Source of the DNA: an uncultured Verrucomicrobiae bacterium
Lineage (GTDB): Bacteria > Verrucomicrobiota > Verrucomicrobiia > Chthoniobacterales > UBA10450
Length of the DNA stretch: 64,000 bases
Direction of reading: 5' to 3'
NCBI GenBank assembly: GCA_963801815.1
Contig: CAWDGJ010000003.1
Location: 64,001 to 128,000 of the forward strand
Shown: positions 51,510-62,137 of the stretch, in pieces
Layout: every line of letters begins with the position of its first letter
How positions within the stretch are numbered: the stretch's first letter is position 1
Program-made: the position numbers and the translations under genes
Notes under the pieces: model-generated
The model's database searches: none
Told to the model about the DNA's origin: nothing
Seen by the model: only the letters and a program-made list of their open reading frames with translations

Positions 51510-54344
51510 TTACACGATCGCATCCGCGATCACTTCGGCCATGTGCTTCGGCCGACGCTCGGTCAGATCCACAATCTGGTGGCGGCAACTAGTGCCCGAC
51601 GCAATCATGACGTCCGGTTGTTTATCGTCGATCTTCTGAAGTAGATCGGTCGCGACTTGCTTGGACAGTTCGTACTTTTCAGCCAGCGCGCCGAACCCGC
51701 CGGCCATTCCGCAACAACCGGTCTCGAGTAAGGTCGCGTTCCGGCCCGGTAATCTTTCGGCCAGGCGCTTCAGGAACGCCACGTCGGTCAGCGACTTGGC
51801 GTGGCAATGCGCGTGGATCGCAACGTTTGTCTGGCGCTCTTTAAATCGGAGCGCGTCCGGCTCGCGCTCCAACAAATCTTCGATAAATCTCTCGAAGAGA
51901 ACGCAGCGTTCGCCGATCTTGTCCGCGTTTGCGATTTTCAGTTCGCGGTAATCGTCCACGAACATCGACCAACAGGATGGTTCGAGAAAGACAATCGGAA
52001 GTTGAGAGTTGATGGTTGAGAGTTGAGAGACGTTGTGCTGGCCGAGTCGGGCGGCGAAATCCAAATTTCCCTGACTGAAAGCTGGGCGCCCACAACATTT
52101 TCGATTTCGAAACAGCTCGACTTCGAAGCCGAGCGCTTCGAGCACTTTCACTGCGGCAATTCCGATGTTGGGTTCGTGATAGCGGACAAACGTGTCGTCC
52201 CACAGAAGCACTTTGCCGCGCGGCCGATTCGCACCATTTTGGTTCGCGTGTTTGGCAAACCAGCGGTCGAATCGTTTGCGCGCGTATCGCGGTAGCGAGC
52301 GCTTCGCCGAAATACCGAGCGTCTTCTCCATGAAACCGCGGACAGGTGGAAGATCAGCAATCACGTTCGCCAACCAGGGCACTGTGCAACCAACTTGGCC
52401 GAGAAGGTCGATGTTGCTGAAAATTCTCTCACGAACCGGCAAACCGTCGCGTCTCCAGCGTGCGTAAAGCATCTCGGCCTTGAGCAGCGCGAGATTAACA
52501 TTTGAGGGACACTCCGGCGTACATCCTTTGCACGACAAACAATTCGAGAGTGCGGCATCCAACTCCGCGGAATTCAAAGGATCGTGACCGTTCGCCTTCA
52601 GTTCGAGCGACTGCCGAATGATGTTCGCGCGTCCGCGCGTTGACATGATTTCATCGCCGGTCGCAATGAACGTCGGACACATAATTGGGGCGTCTTTACG
52701 GCAGCCGCCGCATCCGTTGCACTGTTCCAGATTGCCGATGAACGAGCGATCCTTGAACGCAAAGGCGAGCCGTGGCTCAAACGGCAAACCGATTGGCCGC
52801 GTGAAATTGTTGCGGAGGTGATTGTCGATTCGGTAGGCGAACCCAAAAATCTTTCCAGGATTGAAAATATTCTTCGGATCGAAGATCTGCTTGATCTCAC
52901 GCATCACGTTGAGGAGCGCGTCCCCGAGTTGCTCCCGCATGTATTCCGTGCGCGCAATGCCGACGCCGTGCTCGGCCGAAAGCGAGCCTTTAAACTGACG
53001 GACGAGCACTGACGTTTGATCGGCGACCAGGCGATACTTTTTCAAATCTTCCGCGGTGTGCAGATCGAGGACCGGCCGGACGTGGAGCAAGCCGCTGGCA
53101 GCGTGGCCGTAATAGCTCGCTTCGAGTCCGAGCGACTTCATGATCGATTGCAGACCGCGGACGTAATCGGGCAATTGCGCCGGGCGAACGGCGGCGTCTT
53201 CGATGAACGCGACCGGCTTCTTTGGACCCACGCAACCTGTTAGCAGCGAAAGCCCCGCTTTGCGCACGGACCAAACCAAGGTCATTTCGTTTGCGTCGCG
53301 GCAAATCTTGACGCGCGATCCAAGCTTCCGTGATTCGAGCTTCGACAGCTTTTCGTCGACATCGCCATAGAATTCGACGAGCAACATCGCCTCGCACGGC
53401 TTCACATCGAGCTCCAGCAAATCACGCGCGGCCTGGAAATGGAGTTGGCCTTTGGTTTGGTCGAGCAGGGGACGATCGATATGCTCGATTGCAGCCGGTT
53501 TGAGATCGAGCAATTCCACTGTGGCTTGCATCGCGTCCATCACCGAATCGAAAAAGATGAGGCCGAGGCCTTTCTCGGTTGGAAGCGGCGAGATCTTTAG
53601 CTCGGCAGAAAAAATTGCCGCGAGCGTACCTTCACTGCCGGCGAGAATTTCGTTCAAGTTCGTGGAGGAGCGCGAAAACCGTTCGATTCCGTAACCGGGC
53701 CAGCGCTTGAGAATTCCTGGCGGCCAGCGCTCTGCCATTTCGGCTGCGTGGGCGCGAACGAGATTGTCGATCTTCGTCCGCTCATCGCCCAACGATCCAG
53801 CGGCCGACCCAATCGTAACGGTTCGTCCGTCGGCCAAGACAATCTCGATTGAGACGACGTGGTCGGCAGTAGTCCCGTAAACCGGAACTCGCGCGCCGGA
53901 CGAATTGTTGGCGATCATTCCGCCGATCGTGGCGCGCGAGCTGGTGGCGACGTCGGGACCGAAACAGAATCCATGCGGTTTAAGGAAGGCGTTGAGCTGG
54001 TCGAGCACGACGCCGGCACCGACGCGAACACTGCGCTTGTCGACGTTGAGATTGTCGATCTCGCGATTGTGGCGCGAGAAATCGACGATCAATCCCTCGC
54101 CGATTGCGTTTCCAACCAGGCTGGTGCCGGCGCCGCGTGGGGTGACGGAAATGTTTTCGTCCGCTGCGGCTTTTATCACCGCGCTGGCTTGTTCGACGCT
54201 AGTCGGAAAGGCGACACCGAGTGGCTCGATTTGATAGATGGAAGCGTCTGTGGCGTAAAGCTGGCGGGTGAGGTCATCAAAATAGACATCGCACCCAGTT
54301 ACGCGGATTTTTCGTTGAACGTCGGGACTGATCACGGCCGTCAA
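51510..54344 (-). CDS. FAD-binding / Fe-S oxidoreductase (GlcD-GlcF fusion, D-lactate or D-2-hydroxyacid dehydrogenase-like)
   Basis: YATDAS.Y, PRGAGTS, GSEGTL, GHA..G.LH, SAEHGVG, CNGCGGC, CLSCKGC...CP, two CCG motifs. Confidence 0.93.
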   Translation of the reverse strand: MTAVISPDVQRKIRVTGCDVYFDDLTRQLYATDASIYQIEPLGVAFPTSVEQASAVIKAAADENISVTPRGAGTSLVGNAIGEGLIVDFSRHNREIDNLNVDKRSVRVGAGVVLDQLNAFLKPHGFCFGPDVATSSRATIGGMIANNSSGARVPVYGTTADHVVSIEIVLADGRTVTIGSAAGSLGDERTKIDNLVRAHAAEMAERWPPGILKRWPGYGIERFSRSSTNLNEILAGSEGTLAAIFSAELKISPLPTEKGLGLIFFDSVMDAMQATVELLDLKPAAIEHIDRPLLDQTKGQLHFQAARDLLELDVKPCEAMLLVEFYGDVDEKLSKLESRKLGSRVKICRDANEMTLVWSVRKAGLSLLTGCVGPKKPVAFIEDAAVRPAQLPDYVRGLQSIMKSLGLEASYYGHAASGLLHVRPVLDLHTAEDLKKYRLVADQTSVLVRQFKGSLSAEHGVGIARTEYMREQLGDALLNVMREIKQIFDPKNIFNPGKIFGFAYRIDNHLRNNFTRPIGLPFEPRLAFAFKDRSFIGNLEQCNGCGGCRKDAPIMCPTFIATGDEIMSTRGRANIIRQSLELKANGHDPLNSAELDAALSNCLSCKGCTPECPSNVNLALLKAEMLYARWRRDGLPVRERIFSNIDLLGQVGCTVPWLANVIADLPPVRGFMEKTLGISAKRSLPRYARKRFDRWFAKHANQNGANRPRGKVLLWDDTFVRYHEPNIGIAAVKVLEALGFEVELFRNRKCCGRPAFSQGNLDFAARLGQHNVSQLSTINSQLPIVFLEPSCWSMFVDDYRELKIANADKIGERCVLFERFIEDLLEREPDALRFKERQTNVAIHAHCHAKSLTDVAFLKRLAERLPGRNATLLETGCCGMAGGFGALAEKYELSKQVATDLLQKIDDKQPDVMIASGTSCRHQIVDLTERRPKHMAEVIADAIV
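52001..52028. repeat. Four heptamer tandem repeats inside a CDS
   Basis: GTTGAGA GTTGATG GTTGAGA GTTGAGA, encoding SQLSTINSQL on the minus strand. Confidence 0.75.
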
Positions 54345-54409
54345 TTTATCACAAGAATACGAGCTCGAGAGGGTCTGGCAGGTGAAATGCTATCAATGCC
54401 GTCCAAGCA

Positions 54410-54757
54410 GTGAGCATCACGCTTAAGAGCAAGATCCGTTACAACGGGAAAGAGTATTCCAGTCCCGCGGAATTGCCGCCCGAAGTCCGGCTGGCTTACG
54501 AAAAGGCATTGCACGAGGGGATCGTGAAAAAGAAATTCGTCGTGAACGGTGCCCAGTTCGCGAGCGAAGACGCCATGCCGGCGGACGTTCGAAAGCTTTG
54601 TGACGACGTGATGAGCGTTATAGAGAACAACGGTGAGGTTACAATTCCCAATGGCCAGAATTCCGAACCGCTCCTGACCAAGCGCGAAATCGCAATCGCG
54701 GTGGCGTTTGGGGTTGGAATTCTCGCGCTGGTCCTCGCGCGGATTGCGCATGGCTAA
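54410..54757 (+). CDS. Hypothetical protein with an internal repeat and a C-terminal TM helix
   Basis: YNGKEYSS.AELPPEVR versus VNGAQFAS.DAMPADVR. Confidence 0.7.
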   Translation: MSITLKSKIRYNGKEYSSPAELPPEVRLAYEKALHEGIVKKKFVVNGAQFASEDAMPADVRKLCDDVMSVIENNGEVTIPNGQNSEPLLTKREIAIAVAFGVGILALVLARIAHG

Positions 54758-55827
54758 CGAGGGAGGTCCGAAAACAACGGTATCTGCAATTCCTCGCGCT
54801 CGGTCTCGGCAAAACGCACGCCTACTCCGATCAAACGCACTTTTTTCCCTGTGCGGCGGAAGGCTTCGGCCAATAGCGATCGGAACGCGAGCAACGTTGG
54901 CTCCAAACCCGCGCACTCGGCAGTTGTCCGCGTGAAGTCGGCGAACTTCAGTTTCACAAAGATTTTCGCGATACGCCGTTCAGCTTCTTTTCCGGCGAGG
55001 TCGGCCATCAATTCTTCGAAGAGCTCATCAAGCCGCTGCTCGCACTCGTCGAGCGTCTCGAGATCGCTCACGAAAGTTTCTTCGGTGCTGAGCGACTTGC
55101 GCGGCCGGTCAGGCTCAACTGGGCGGTCATCGATTCCGCGGCAAAGGTCGAACAGTTCGCTCCCAAATTTGCCGAAAAGATCGACAAGTTCCGGTCGCGA
55201 AAAACGCTGAAGTTCTCCGCAAGTCCGGACTCCGAGTTCCCGTAATCGATTTTCCGTTTTTTCGCCAATGCCCCAGATTTCGCGGACAGGAAGATCCTTC
55301 ATGAACTCGGGGACCTCGCTGGCCGTAACTTCGAGCTGACCGTTAGGCTTTCGCATCGTGCTGGCGATCTTGGCGATCAACTTGTTTGGCCCGATGCCTG
55401 CCGAGGACGTTAGCTTCGTTCTTCGGAAGATTTGGTCGCGTATCACTTGCGCAAGCGGACCCGGCGGACCCGGATGCGCGCTGACGTCGAGGTAAGCTTC
55501 ATCCAGCGAAAGCGGTTCAACCAAAGGGGTGAAGCGATGGAGAATCTCCCGAACCACGGCGGCTTCGCGCCGGTAAACATCGAATCGTGTCGGCAATACG
55601 ATCAGTTTCGGACAACGCTGTAATGCCATGAAGGTCGGCATCGCTGAATGCACCCCGAATGCCCGCGCTTCGTAGTTGCATGTTGTCAGGACACCACGAC
55701 GGTCCCGCGCTCCGCCGACGCCTACTGGCTTTCCGCGAAGCGATGGCTGGTCTCGGACCTCGATTGCCGCGTAGAAGCAGTCCATGTCGAGATGAATGAT
55801 GGCGCGCGATGCCAGGTTGTTTTCCAC
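54754..55827 (-). CDS. dinB: DNA polymerase IV
   Basis: IIHLDMDCFYAA, TCNYEAR.FGV.SAM, SLDEAYLD, AKIAS...KPNG, RLIGVG. Confidence 0.97.
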   Translation of the reverse strand: MENNLASRAIIHLDMDCFYAAIEVRDQPSLRGKPVGVGGARDRRGVLTTCNYEARAFGVHSAMPTFMALQRCPKLIVLPTRFDVYRREAAVVREILHRFTPLVEPLSLDEAYLDVSAHPGPPGPLAQVIRDQIFRRTKLTSSAGIGPNKLIAKIASTMRKPNGQLEVTASEVPEFMKDLPVREIWGIGEKTENRLRELGVRTCGELQRFSRPELVDLFGKFGSELFDLCRGIDDRPVEPDRPRKSLSTEETFVSDLETLDECEQRLDELFEELMADLAGKEAERRIAKIFVKLKFADFTRTTAECAGLEPTLLAFRSLLAEAFRRTGKKVRLIGVGVRFAETEREELQIPLFSDLPR

Positions 55828-55881
55828 ATCGAAAATCTAGCTTCAAACCGGGTTCATCTCACCTTTTGCAGATGTTATGGA

Positions 55882-55910
55882 TTGACGGGAAAAAGCGAAA
55901 TCGCTAAACA
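55882..55910 (+). promoter_or_regulatory. Possible sigma70-type promoter
   Basis: TTGACG-N17-TAAACA, 24 nt before ATG 55935. Confidence 0.35.
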
Positions 55911-55934
55911 TGGTCTCCCACGCGCAGGCCGGCC

Positions 55935-56864
55935 ATGTCTCTTATCCCGAGCGAATCGTACAGTTTTCCGGACCATTTCACGAGGACGGTGGTTCCGTCT
56001 CGCAGACCGAAAGAAGAGAAAGCCTCGGCGGAGAAAGTCCGAACGAAGCCTACGATTGTTGCATTGCCTGATCCGAAGCCAGAGCCTGTGATCGCCACCG
56101 GTCCTATCGAGCCAGAAGTAAATCCGAAACCTCGGGAACCAGAAGTTCCGCAACCCAAAGCTCCTTTCCCAACGGCCAATCCCGCGCTTCGTCGCGCTCA
56201 GGCTCCCCCGCCGCGGATTCCGGACGCGCAAATCCGAAAAGTTGCATTGCCTCCGACTTTGAAACCAAAAGTGCGTTGGAATGACCGCGCTCCGGCGATG
56301 GATCCATCGCAAGTTCGCAACAACGGAAGTGGCAATAGTGCTAACGAAGTCGCGCCAATGCCCGCGTCGCGTCCGGTTCAAAATGTTATTCCAATGCAGG
56401 CGCCCAGAACTGCGCGGCCCTCGCAAAGCGGCCCGCCGCCGATGCCGAAAGCTCCGATGCCGCCATCGCCGATGATGCAAGCTCCGGCGCCGGTCCGAAA
56501 ACCAATTCCAGTGGCAATGCCTGCGCGTCCCGCTCAACCGCAACGAATCCCTCAGAAGGCGCAACCGCCTGCACCTGTCGCTGCGACCCCACAAGCCGAC
56601 TTTTTCGAAATGTTCGCGGATGTCGATTGCGAAGCTGCGAGTAAACGTCGCCGGCAAATGAAATTTCGCCGCTTCGTCGCTTGTGAAATTGCCGCGGTAG
56701 CGGTTTTGCTTCCCCTGATAATTCTGGGACTCACTTTGAATATCACGGCTCCAGCGCTCCGCTGGCTGTTGAACATTTTCACGATTGCCGCCGCGGTTTC
56801 AGCCGCGATAATTCCGATCGTTTTTTACGCGGGCACTCCGACGCTGCCCGAAGTCGAACGCTAG
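55935..56864 (+). CDS. Proline-rich protein with two C-terminal TM helices
   Basis: Long Pro/Ala low-complexity region followed by two hydrophobic helices. Confidence 0.7.
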   Translation: MSLIPSESYSFPDHFTRTVVPSRRPKEEKASAEKVRTKPTIVALPDPKPEPVIATGPIEPEVNPKPREPEVPQPKAPFPTANPALRRAQAPPPRIPDAQIRKVALPPTLKPKVRWNDRAPAMDPSQVRNNGSGNSANEVAPMPASRPVQNVIPMQAPRTARPSQSGPPPMPKAPMPPSPMMQAPAPVRKPIPVAMPARPAQPQRIPQKAQPPAPVAATPQADFFEMFADVDCEAASKRRRQMKFRRFVACEIAAVAVLLPLIILGLTLNITAPALRWLLNIFTIAAAVSAAIIPIVFYAGTPTLPEVER

Positions 56865-56946
56865 AATTCGGGCGCGCAGCGACAGGATCGACATTTCGTG
56901 GGGAATTGCCTTTTCGCGAAATTTACGCGATTGACGGCCAACGATT

Positions 56947-57642
56947 ATGAAGTCGCCGGTAACTCGAGTGTTCTTGGTGCGACACGGGGCCACCGTATCG
57001 AGCGCGGAGGATCGATTCGCCGGGGCGACTGATGTTGCACTGTCTGATGAAGGTCGGGAGCAAACGCGGCGACTCGCGGACCGGTTGGCTGACGAAAAAA
57101 TAACAGCGATTTACTCATCACCTTTGGCCCGGACAATGGAAACGGCGCAGATTCTGGCCGCGCCACACAACTTGGAGGTCCAAGCCCGCGACGGGCTTCG
57201 CGAAATCAACCATGGTCACTGGGAGCAAATGACTCGGCGTGAAGTCGAGCAGAAATTTCCCGAGGAAATCACCGAATGGGAAAAGGATCCCTACACTTTT
57301 GCCCCGCAGGGCGGGGAAAGTGGCTTGGCAGTGACCGCGCGTGCGTTGCCGGTGCTAATTGATTTGGTGAGACAACACCTTGGCGAACACTTCCTCGCCG
57401 TGTCGCACAAAGCCACCATTCGGCTTCTGTTAAGTTCGCTACTCGGCTTTGATCCGCGCCGATACCGGGACAATCTCGATCAGGAACCCGCCGCCCTAAA
57501 CATTGTCGATTTTCGCGACGCGGCCAACGCGCGGCTAGCGCTCTTCAATGACACCTCGCATTACGACAAAACTGGCGCTGCGATCCCGGGAATCGCCGAG
57601 GCGCGTTTGTCAAAGTTCTGGAACCCGCGGAGCGAGCGTTAA
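56947..57642 (+). CDS. Histidine phosphatase family protein
   Basis: LVRHG, SSPL.R...TA, LRE..HG.WE, GGES, VSH. Confidence 0.93.
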   Translation: MKSPVTRVFLVRHGATVSSAEDRFAGATDVALSDEGREQTRRLADRLADEKITAIYSSPLARTMETAQILAAPHNLEVQARDGLREINHGHWEQMTRREVEQKFPEEITEWEKDPYTFAPQGGESGLAVTARALPVLIDLVRQHLGEHFLAVSHKATIRLLLSSLLGFDPRRYRDNLDQEPAALNIVDFRDAANARLALFNDTSHYDKTGAAIPGIAEARLSKFWNPRSER

Positions 57643-57652
57643 TCGTGGAGAA

Positions 57653-58417
57653 GTGACGACGCCTGGTCCTTTAGTGATTGGCGCGACGGGCGGCTCGGGA
57701 ACACGCGTGGTCGCGCGGTTGGCGCGCCACGCGGGCTACGATCTGGGTCGCAACCTGAATTCGGCCGAAGACGCCTTGGAGTTCTATTCGTTTCACGACA
57801 AATGGATTAACCGATTTGTATCGGCGGAACGTCGCGGCACAACGTTGTCGAAATCGGATGTCCAGTGGATGGAGGCCGAATTTCAGTCCGCGCTCGATCG
57901 CCATTGTCCTGAGACAATCAGAAAGGAAAGGCATTGGGGTTGGAAAGCGCCTCGCAGCATTTATTTATTGCGCTTTCTGCACGCGCGACTTCCCGGTTTG
58001 AAATTTATTCATGTCGTGCGCGATGGCCGGGACATGGCGCTTTCCTTAAATCAGGTTCAGTTGCGGAAGCACGGCGGCGCCATTCTGACTTGGAACGAAC
58101 GCTTTTTCCGTTCTAGGCCGGAGCGCTCGCTGCTGCTTTGGGCACGGGTAAATCTGCACGCAGCCGAATTCGGCGAATCGGACCTCCGCGAGAACTATTT
58201 GCGCGTTCGTTATGAGGACCTCTGCGCGAAGCCCGTTGAAACGACCGCACAGGTCATCAATTTCCTCGGTGCGCGAGTTGATCCGGAACCGATCGCGCGT
58301 TCGGAAATTTCGCCACCTTTGACGTTGCAGCGCTGGCGAAACTACCCACCGGCTTTGATTGCCACGCTGGAAGAACTGGGCGGAGATTCCTTGCGTAGAT
58401 TCGGGTATTTAGCGTAA
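57653..58417 (+). CDS. Sulfotransferase family protein
   Basis: IGATGGSGTR, WGWKAP, IHVVRDGRD.A.S, VRYEDL...P. Confidence 0.85.
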   Translation: MTTPGPLVIGATGGSGTRVVARLARHAGYDLGRNLNSAEDALEFYSFHDKWINRFVSAERRGTTLSKSDVQWMEAEFQSALDRHCPETIRKERHWGWKAPRSIYLLRFLHARLPGLKFIHVVRDGRDMALSLNQVQLRKHGGAILTWNERFFRSRPERSLLLWARVNLHAAEFGESDLRENYLRVRYEDLCAKPVETTAQVINFLGARVDPEPIARSEISPPLTLQRWRNYPPALIATLEELGGDSLRRFGYLA

Positions 58418-58520
58418 AAATTCACGGGGATTACAGCCGCTGATAAGCCGGCAATCGATCAATTTCTGGCTTTGCAATGAGGCTTTCTCTTTCGATATTG
58501 AACGGCTAACTTTTTCCGCA

Positions 58521-60404
58521 ATGGACGCTTCCACTTCACTCGAACCGCACGGACAACATCATCACGAGGCAGGGCACGAACACGAGCATCACGAGCTTGG
58601 CTTTTGGCGGAAGTATATTTTCTCTACCGACCACAAAGTCATCGGCATTCAGTACGGAATTTGTGGCCTGATCTTTCTGTTCTTCGGCTTTTCGCTGATG
58701 ATGCTGATGCGCTGGCAATTGGCGTATCCGGGCCAGGCGCTCCCGGTCATCGGCAAATGGCTCCCCTATATCTTTGGGCCCAATAGCATGCCGGACGGCA
58801 AGATGACGCCGGAGTTCTACAACTCACTCGGCGCAATGCACGGCACGATCATGATCTTCCTCGGCGTGGTGCCCGTGGCGTTCGCCGCTTTCGGAAATTT
58901 CGTAGTGCCGCTGCAGATCGGCGCGCCGGACATGACATTTCCAAAAGTGAACGCCGCCAGCTTCTGGGCGTTTGCGGTCGGCGGCGTGATCATGCTGACC
59001 AGCTTTTTTGTTCCAGGCGGCGCCGCCAAGGGAGGCTGGACTTCTTACACACCGCTCTCTGACATATCCGACAAAGGGCCGGGGTTTCATCCGTTTTTCA
59101 ATGGGCAAACCTTGTGGCTGGTTGGATTTGTTTTCCTAATCACTTCGTCGTTGCTCGGCGCGATAAATTTCATCACCACCATCATTCAATTGCGCGCCAA
59201 AGGCCTGACCTGGATGCGCCTGCCGTTTTTCGTCTGGTCGCAGTTTGTAACGGCGTTTCTGTTGCTTCTCGCGTTTCCGCCGCTTGAGGCCGCGATCGTC
59301 ATGCAATTGATGGACCGCACCGCCGCCACCAGCTTCTTCCTGCCGGCAGGGATGATCGTCAACGGCGCACCGCTCCACATCAGTGGAGGCGGCAGTCCAC
59401 TGCTGTGGCAGCATTTGTTCTGGTTTCTCGGACATCCCGAAGTTTACGTTTTGATTTTGCCGGCGTTTGGAATCGTTGGCGAAATCCTCGCGAACAATTC
59501 GCGCAAGCCACTCTGGGGTTACAAGTCGCTTGTCTTCTCCGTGCTCGTGATCGGATTTCTCTCGTTTATCGTCTGGGCGCATCACATGTGGCTCACCGGA
59601 ATGGGCTCCACCGTGAGCGCGTTTTTCCAAACCACCACGCTATTGATTTCCATCCCATCGGTGATCATCTTGAGCGCGTTCTTTATTTCGCTGTGGGGCG
59701 GTTCGATTCGATTCAACGTCCCGATGCTTTTCGTGACGGCGTTTCTACCGATGTTCGGCATCGGCGGATTAACCGGCATCCCGCTCGCGTTTAATTCTGC
59801 TGACCTCTTATCTGCACGACACCTATTACGTCATCGCGCATTTCCATTACATCGTCGCACCGGGGACCATCTTCGCGATTGTTCGCCGGCGTTTATTATT
59901 GGTTTCCGAAAGCGACCGGCCGGCAAATGAGCGAGTTCTGGGGCAAAGTGCATTTCTGGCCGTCGCTCATCTGCATGAACGTCATTTTTCTGCCGATGTT
60001 TTTGCAGGGGATGCTTGGAATGCATCGCCGCTGGTACGATGGCGGTCAGGGGTGGACGTTGTCCGGCGAACACATTTGGGGCCTGACCGGGTTTCAATGG
60101 AACACGCCGATCTCCTGGGCGGCGTGGATCATGGGCACTCGCCCAGATTCCGTTCATCATCAATTTCTTCTGGAGCATCAAGCACGGCAAAAAAGTGAAC
60201 GACAATCCGTGGGAGGCGACTACGCTCGAATGGACCGCGCCCTCGCCGCCGCCGCACGGAAATTTTGTGACGACTCCAGTCGCGTATCGCGGGCCCTACG
60301 AATACAGCCTGCCCGGACGCGAAAAAGATTTCACCATGCAAAACGAACCGGTCGAACCCTCGGAACGATCAAGGAGAATGGCCGAACCGGCGCTGGTGCA
60401 TTAA
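58521..60404 (+). CDS. ctaD: Cytochrome c oxidase subunit I, A1-type (three +1 frameshifts near 59808, 59879 and 60137)
   Basis: STDHK.IG, HGTIM, WFLGHPEVY, VWAHHM, LHDTYYVIAHFHY, GMHRR, NPW.ATTLEW. All six His ligands are present once frames are corrected. Confidence 0.95.
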
Positions 60405-60408
60405 TCGC

Positions 60409-61285
60409 ATGGAAATCCCATACACAATATCCACTCGGCCGGACACGGGTCTGTGGAATGCCAAGGTCGGCATCTGGCTGTTTCTGGCCTCCGAAGTGAT
60501 GCTGTTTGGCGGACTTTTCTCCGCCTACGTTTTCCTGCGGCTCGACGCTCAACCCGGCGAATGGCCCCACGGTCTGCTCAACGTGCCTATCGGCACGATG
60601 AACACCGCGATTCTGATCTCTGTCGTCGGTCACGGTGGTTCTGGCCTGGGCTGCACTGAAGATGCGGCGTTACAATGCCTATTGGTGGTACATGCTCGCC
60701 ACCATTTTGTGCGGTATCATCTTTCTCTTCGTAAAACTTTACTTCGAGTGGCCGCAGAAATTTTCGCACTACGGTGTTTTCCTTAAACCCGAGGCCCGCG
60801 AAAAGTACGAGCAATATCTTGGGAACCATCGCCGGGAAGAGAAAGGATTAGAACCGCGCATCGAGATTACCGGACATTTAGAGAATCATGAAGCGCTCAC
60901 CGATCCCAACGTCAAAGAGTACGAAATCGCAATGGACCCGGGGAACGCGGACCCGGACAATCCGGCAACGGATCGCCCCCATTTCATTCCGCTGCCAGCC
61001 ACCGACAAAGTTGCGAAAATCGCCAAGGAAGATGTAGAGAGAATTAGTTCTTTCGGTCCGTGGCACAGCGCGTATTTCGCCAGCTATTTTACCATTACCG
61101 GGCTTCACGGAGCGCACGTGCTAGGAGGCGTTCTCGTTTTCCTTTATATGTGGCTGCCGGTCAGCAAGAAAGTTTATCAACGCAATCCCGAACATCTGGC
61201 CAACCGCGTCGAGGTCTCAGGACTTTTCTGGCACTTTGTCGATCTTGTTTGGATTTTTGTGTTTCCGCTTTTTTATCTGCTCTAA
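60409..61285 (+). CDS. ctaE: Cytochrome c oxidase subunit III (+1 frameshift near 60621)
   Basis: WLFLASEVMLFGGLF, NT.ILI.SS, TGLHGAHV, WHFVDLVWIF.FP..YL. Confidence 0.93.
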
Positions 61286-61288
61286 GTC

Positions 61289-61675
61289 ATGAATAACCCG
61301 CCCGAAATTGCGCAAGATCCAGCCGAACATGAGGAATACGCGCACGGCGTGCATCAGCATGTCTCGCGTTACTTAATGGTCGGTGGACTGCTGCTTTTTT
61401 TCACCCTTCTCACCGTAGCGTTATCCTACGTCGATTTCGGCGGCTTCTTTTCCTGGCTTTTCCACATGCACATTTCGCCGGAAGGGGGCCGCAAGTTGAA
61501 TATTACGGTCGCGATTATCGTTGCGGCCATCAAAGCGAGCTTGGTCGCGCTGATTTTTATGCACCTCGCTGCGGAGAAACGACTGATCTATCGGGTTCTG
61601 ATTTTTACAGGCTTTTTTGTTCTCGGACTTTTCTGGCTGACTTATCTCGCGTGGTACGATCCAATCTCCCGTTAA
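61289..61675 (+). CDS. ctaF: Cytochrome c oxidase subunit IV (prokaryotic)
   Basis: IKASLVALIFMHL..E; three TM helices. Confidence 0.88.
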   Translation: MNNPPEIAQDPAEHEEYAHGVHQHVSRYLMVGGLLLFFTLLTVALSYVDFGGFFSWLFHMHISPEGGRKLNITVAIIVAAIKASLVALIFMHLAAEKRLIYRVLIFTGFFVLGLFWLTYLAWYDPISR

Positions 61676-61676
61676 A

Positions 61677-61886
61677 ATGTCGCTCAAAGCGTTCCATATC
61701 GTTTTCGTGATTTTCTCAACGTTGCTGGCGCTGGGTGTCGGTGCCTGGTGTGTTTGGGTTAATCTTGTTGAAGGCGCGCCGGTGTATCTTGCCGGCGCGA
61801 TTGCTTCGTTTGCCTGCGCGCTCGCTCTGGTTATCTACGGCGTCTGGTTCTATCGAAAAATGAAACGGCTCCGCATTATGACATGA
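61677..61886 (+). CDS. Small two-TM protein in the cox operon
   Basis: MSLKAFHIVFV...YG.WF..K; starts 1 nt after the ctaF stop and overlaps the next gene. Confidence 0.7.
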   Translation: MSLKAFHIVFVIFSTLLALGVGAWCVWVNLVEGAPVYLAGAIASFACALALVIYGVWFYRKMKRLRIMT

Positions 61887-62137
61887 GGAAGTTTTTTTCG
61901 GTCTTAATACTGTCGATCGCGCTGGCCGCGCAAAACGTGAGTGCGTGTCCATTCTGTTACGGAGCCAAAGACGGGAAGTCCACCGAACACATGGCCGTCG
62001 CAATTTGGTTTTTGTTCGGTGCGGTGATGTCCGTTCTCGGCGGAATCGGCGCGTTCAGTTACAACATTTGGCGACACGCCCGAATGCCTACGCCGCCTCA
62101 CGAGCGATTAATTGAAGATTTGGACAAGGATGAATAG
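61883..62137 (+). CDS. Small exported CxxC protein with one TM helix
   Basis: Signal peptide, then ACPFCYG, then a TM helix; ATGA overlap. Confidence 0.7.
   Translation: MRKFFSVLILSIALAAQNVSACPFCYGAKDGKSTEHMAVAIWFLFGAVMSVLGGIGAFSYNIWRHARMPTPPHERLIEDLDKDE

Noticed and set aside
43724..61285. Frameshifts in actC, the ccoN-like gene, ctaD (three) and ctaE, plus one at 30290, as pseudogenes or programmed frameshifts
   Set aside because: All are single-base indels, several in short homopolymers, with conserved sequence on both sides, no in-frame stops after correction and no slippery heptamer. Long-read consensus error is the simplest explanation; read mapping would settle it.
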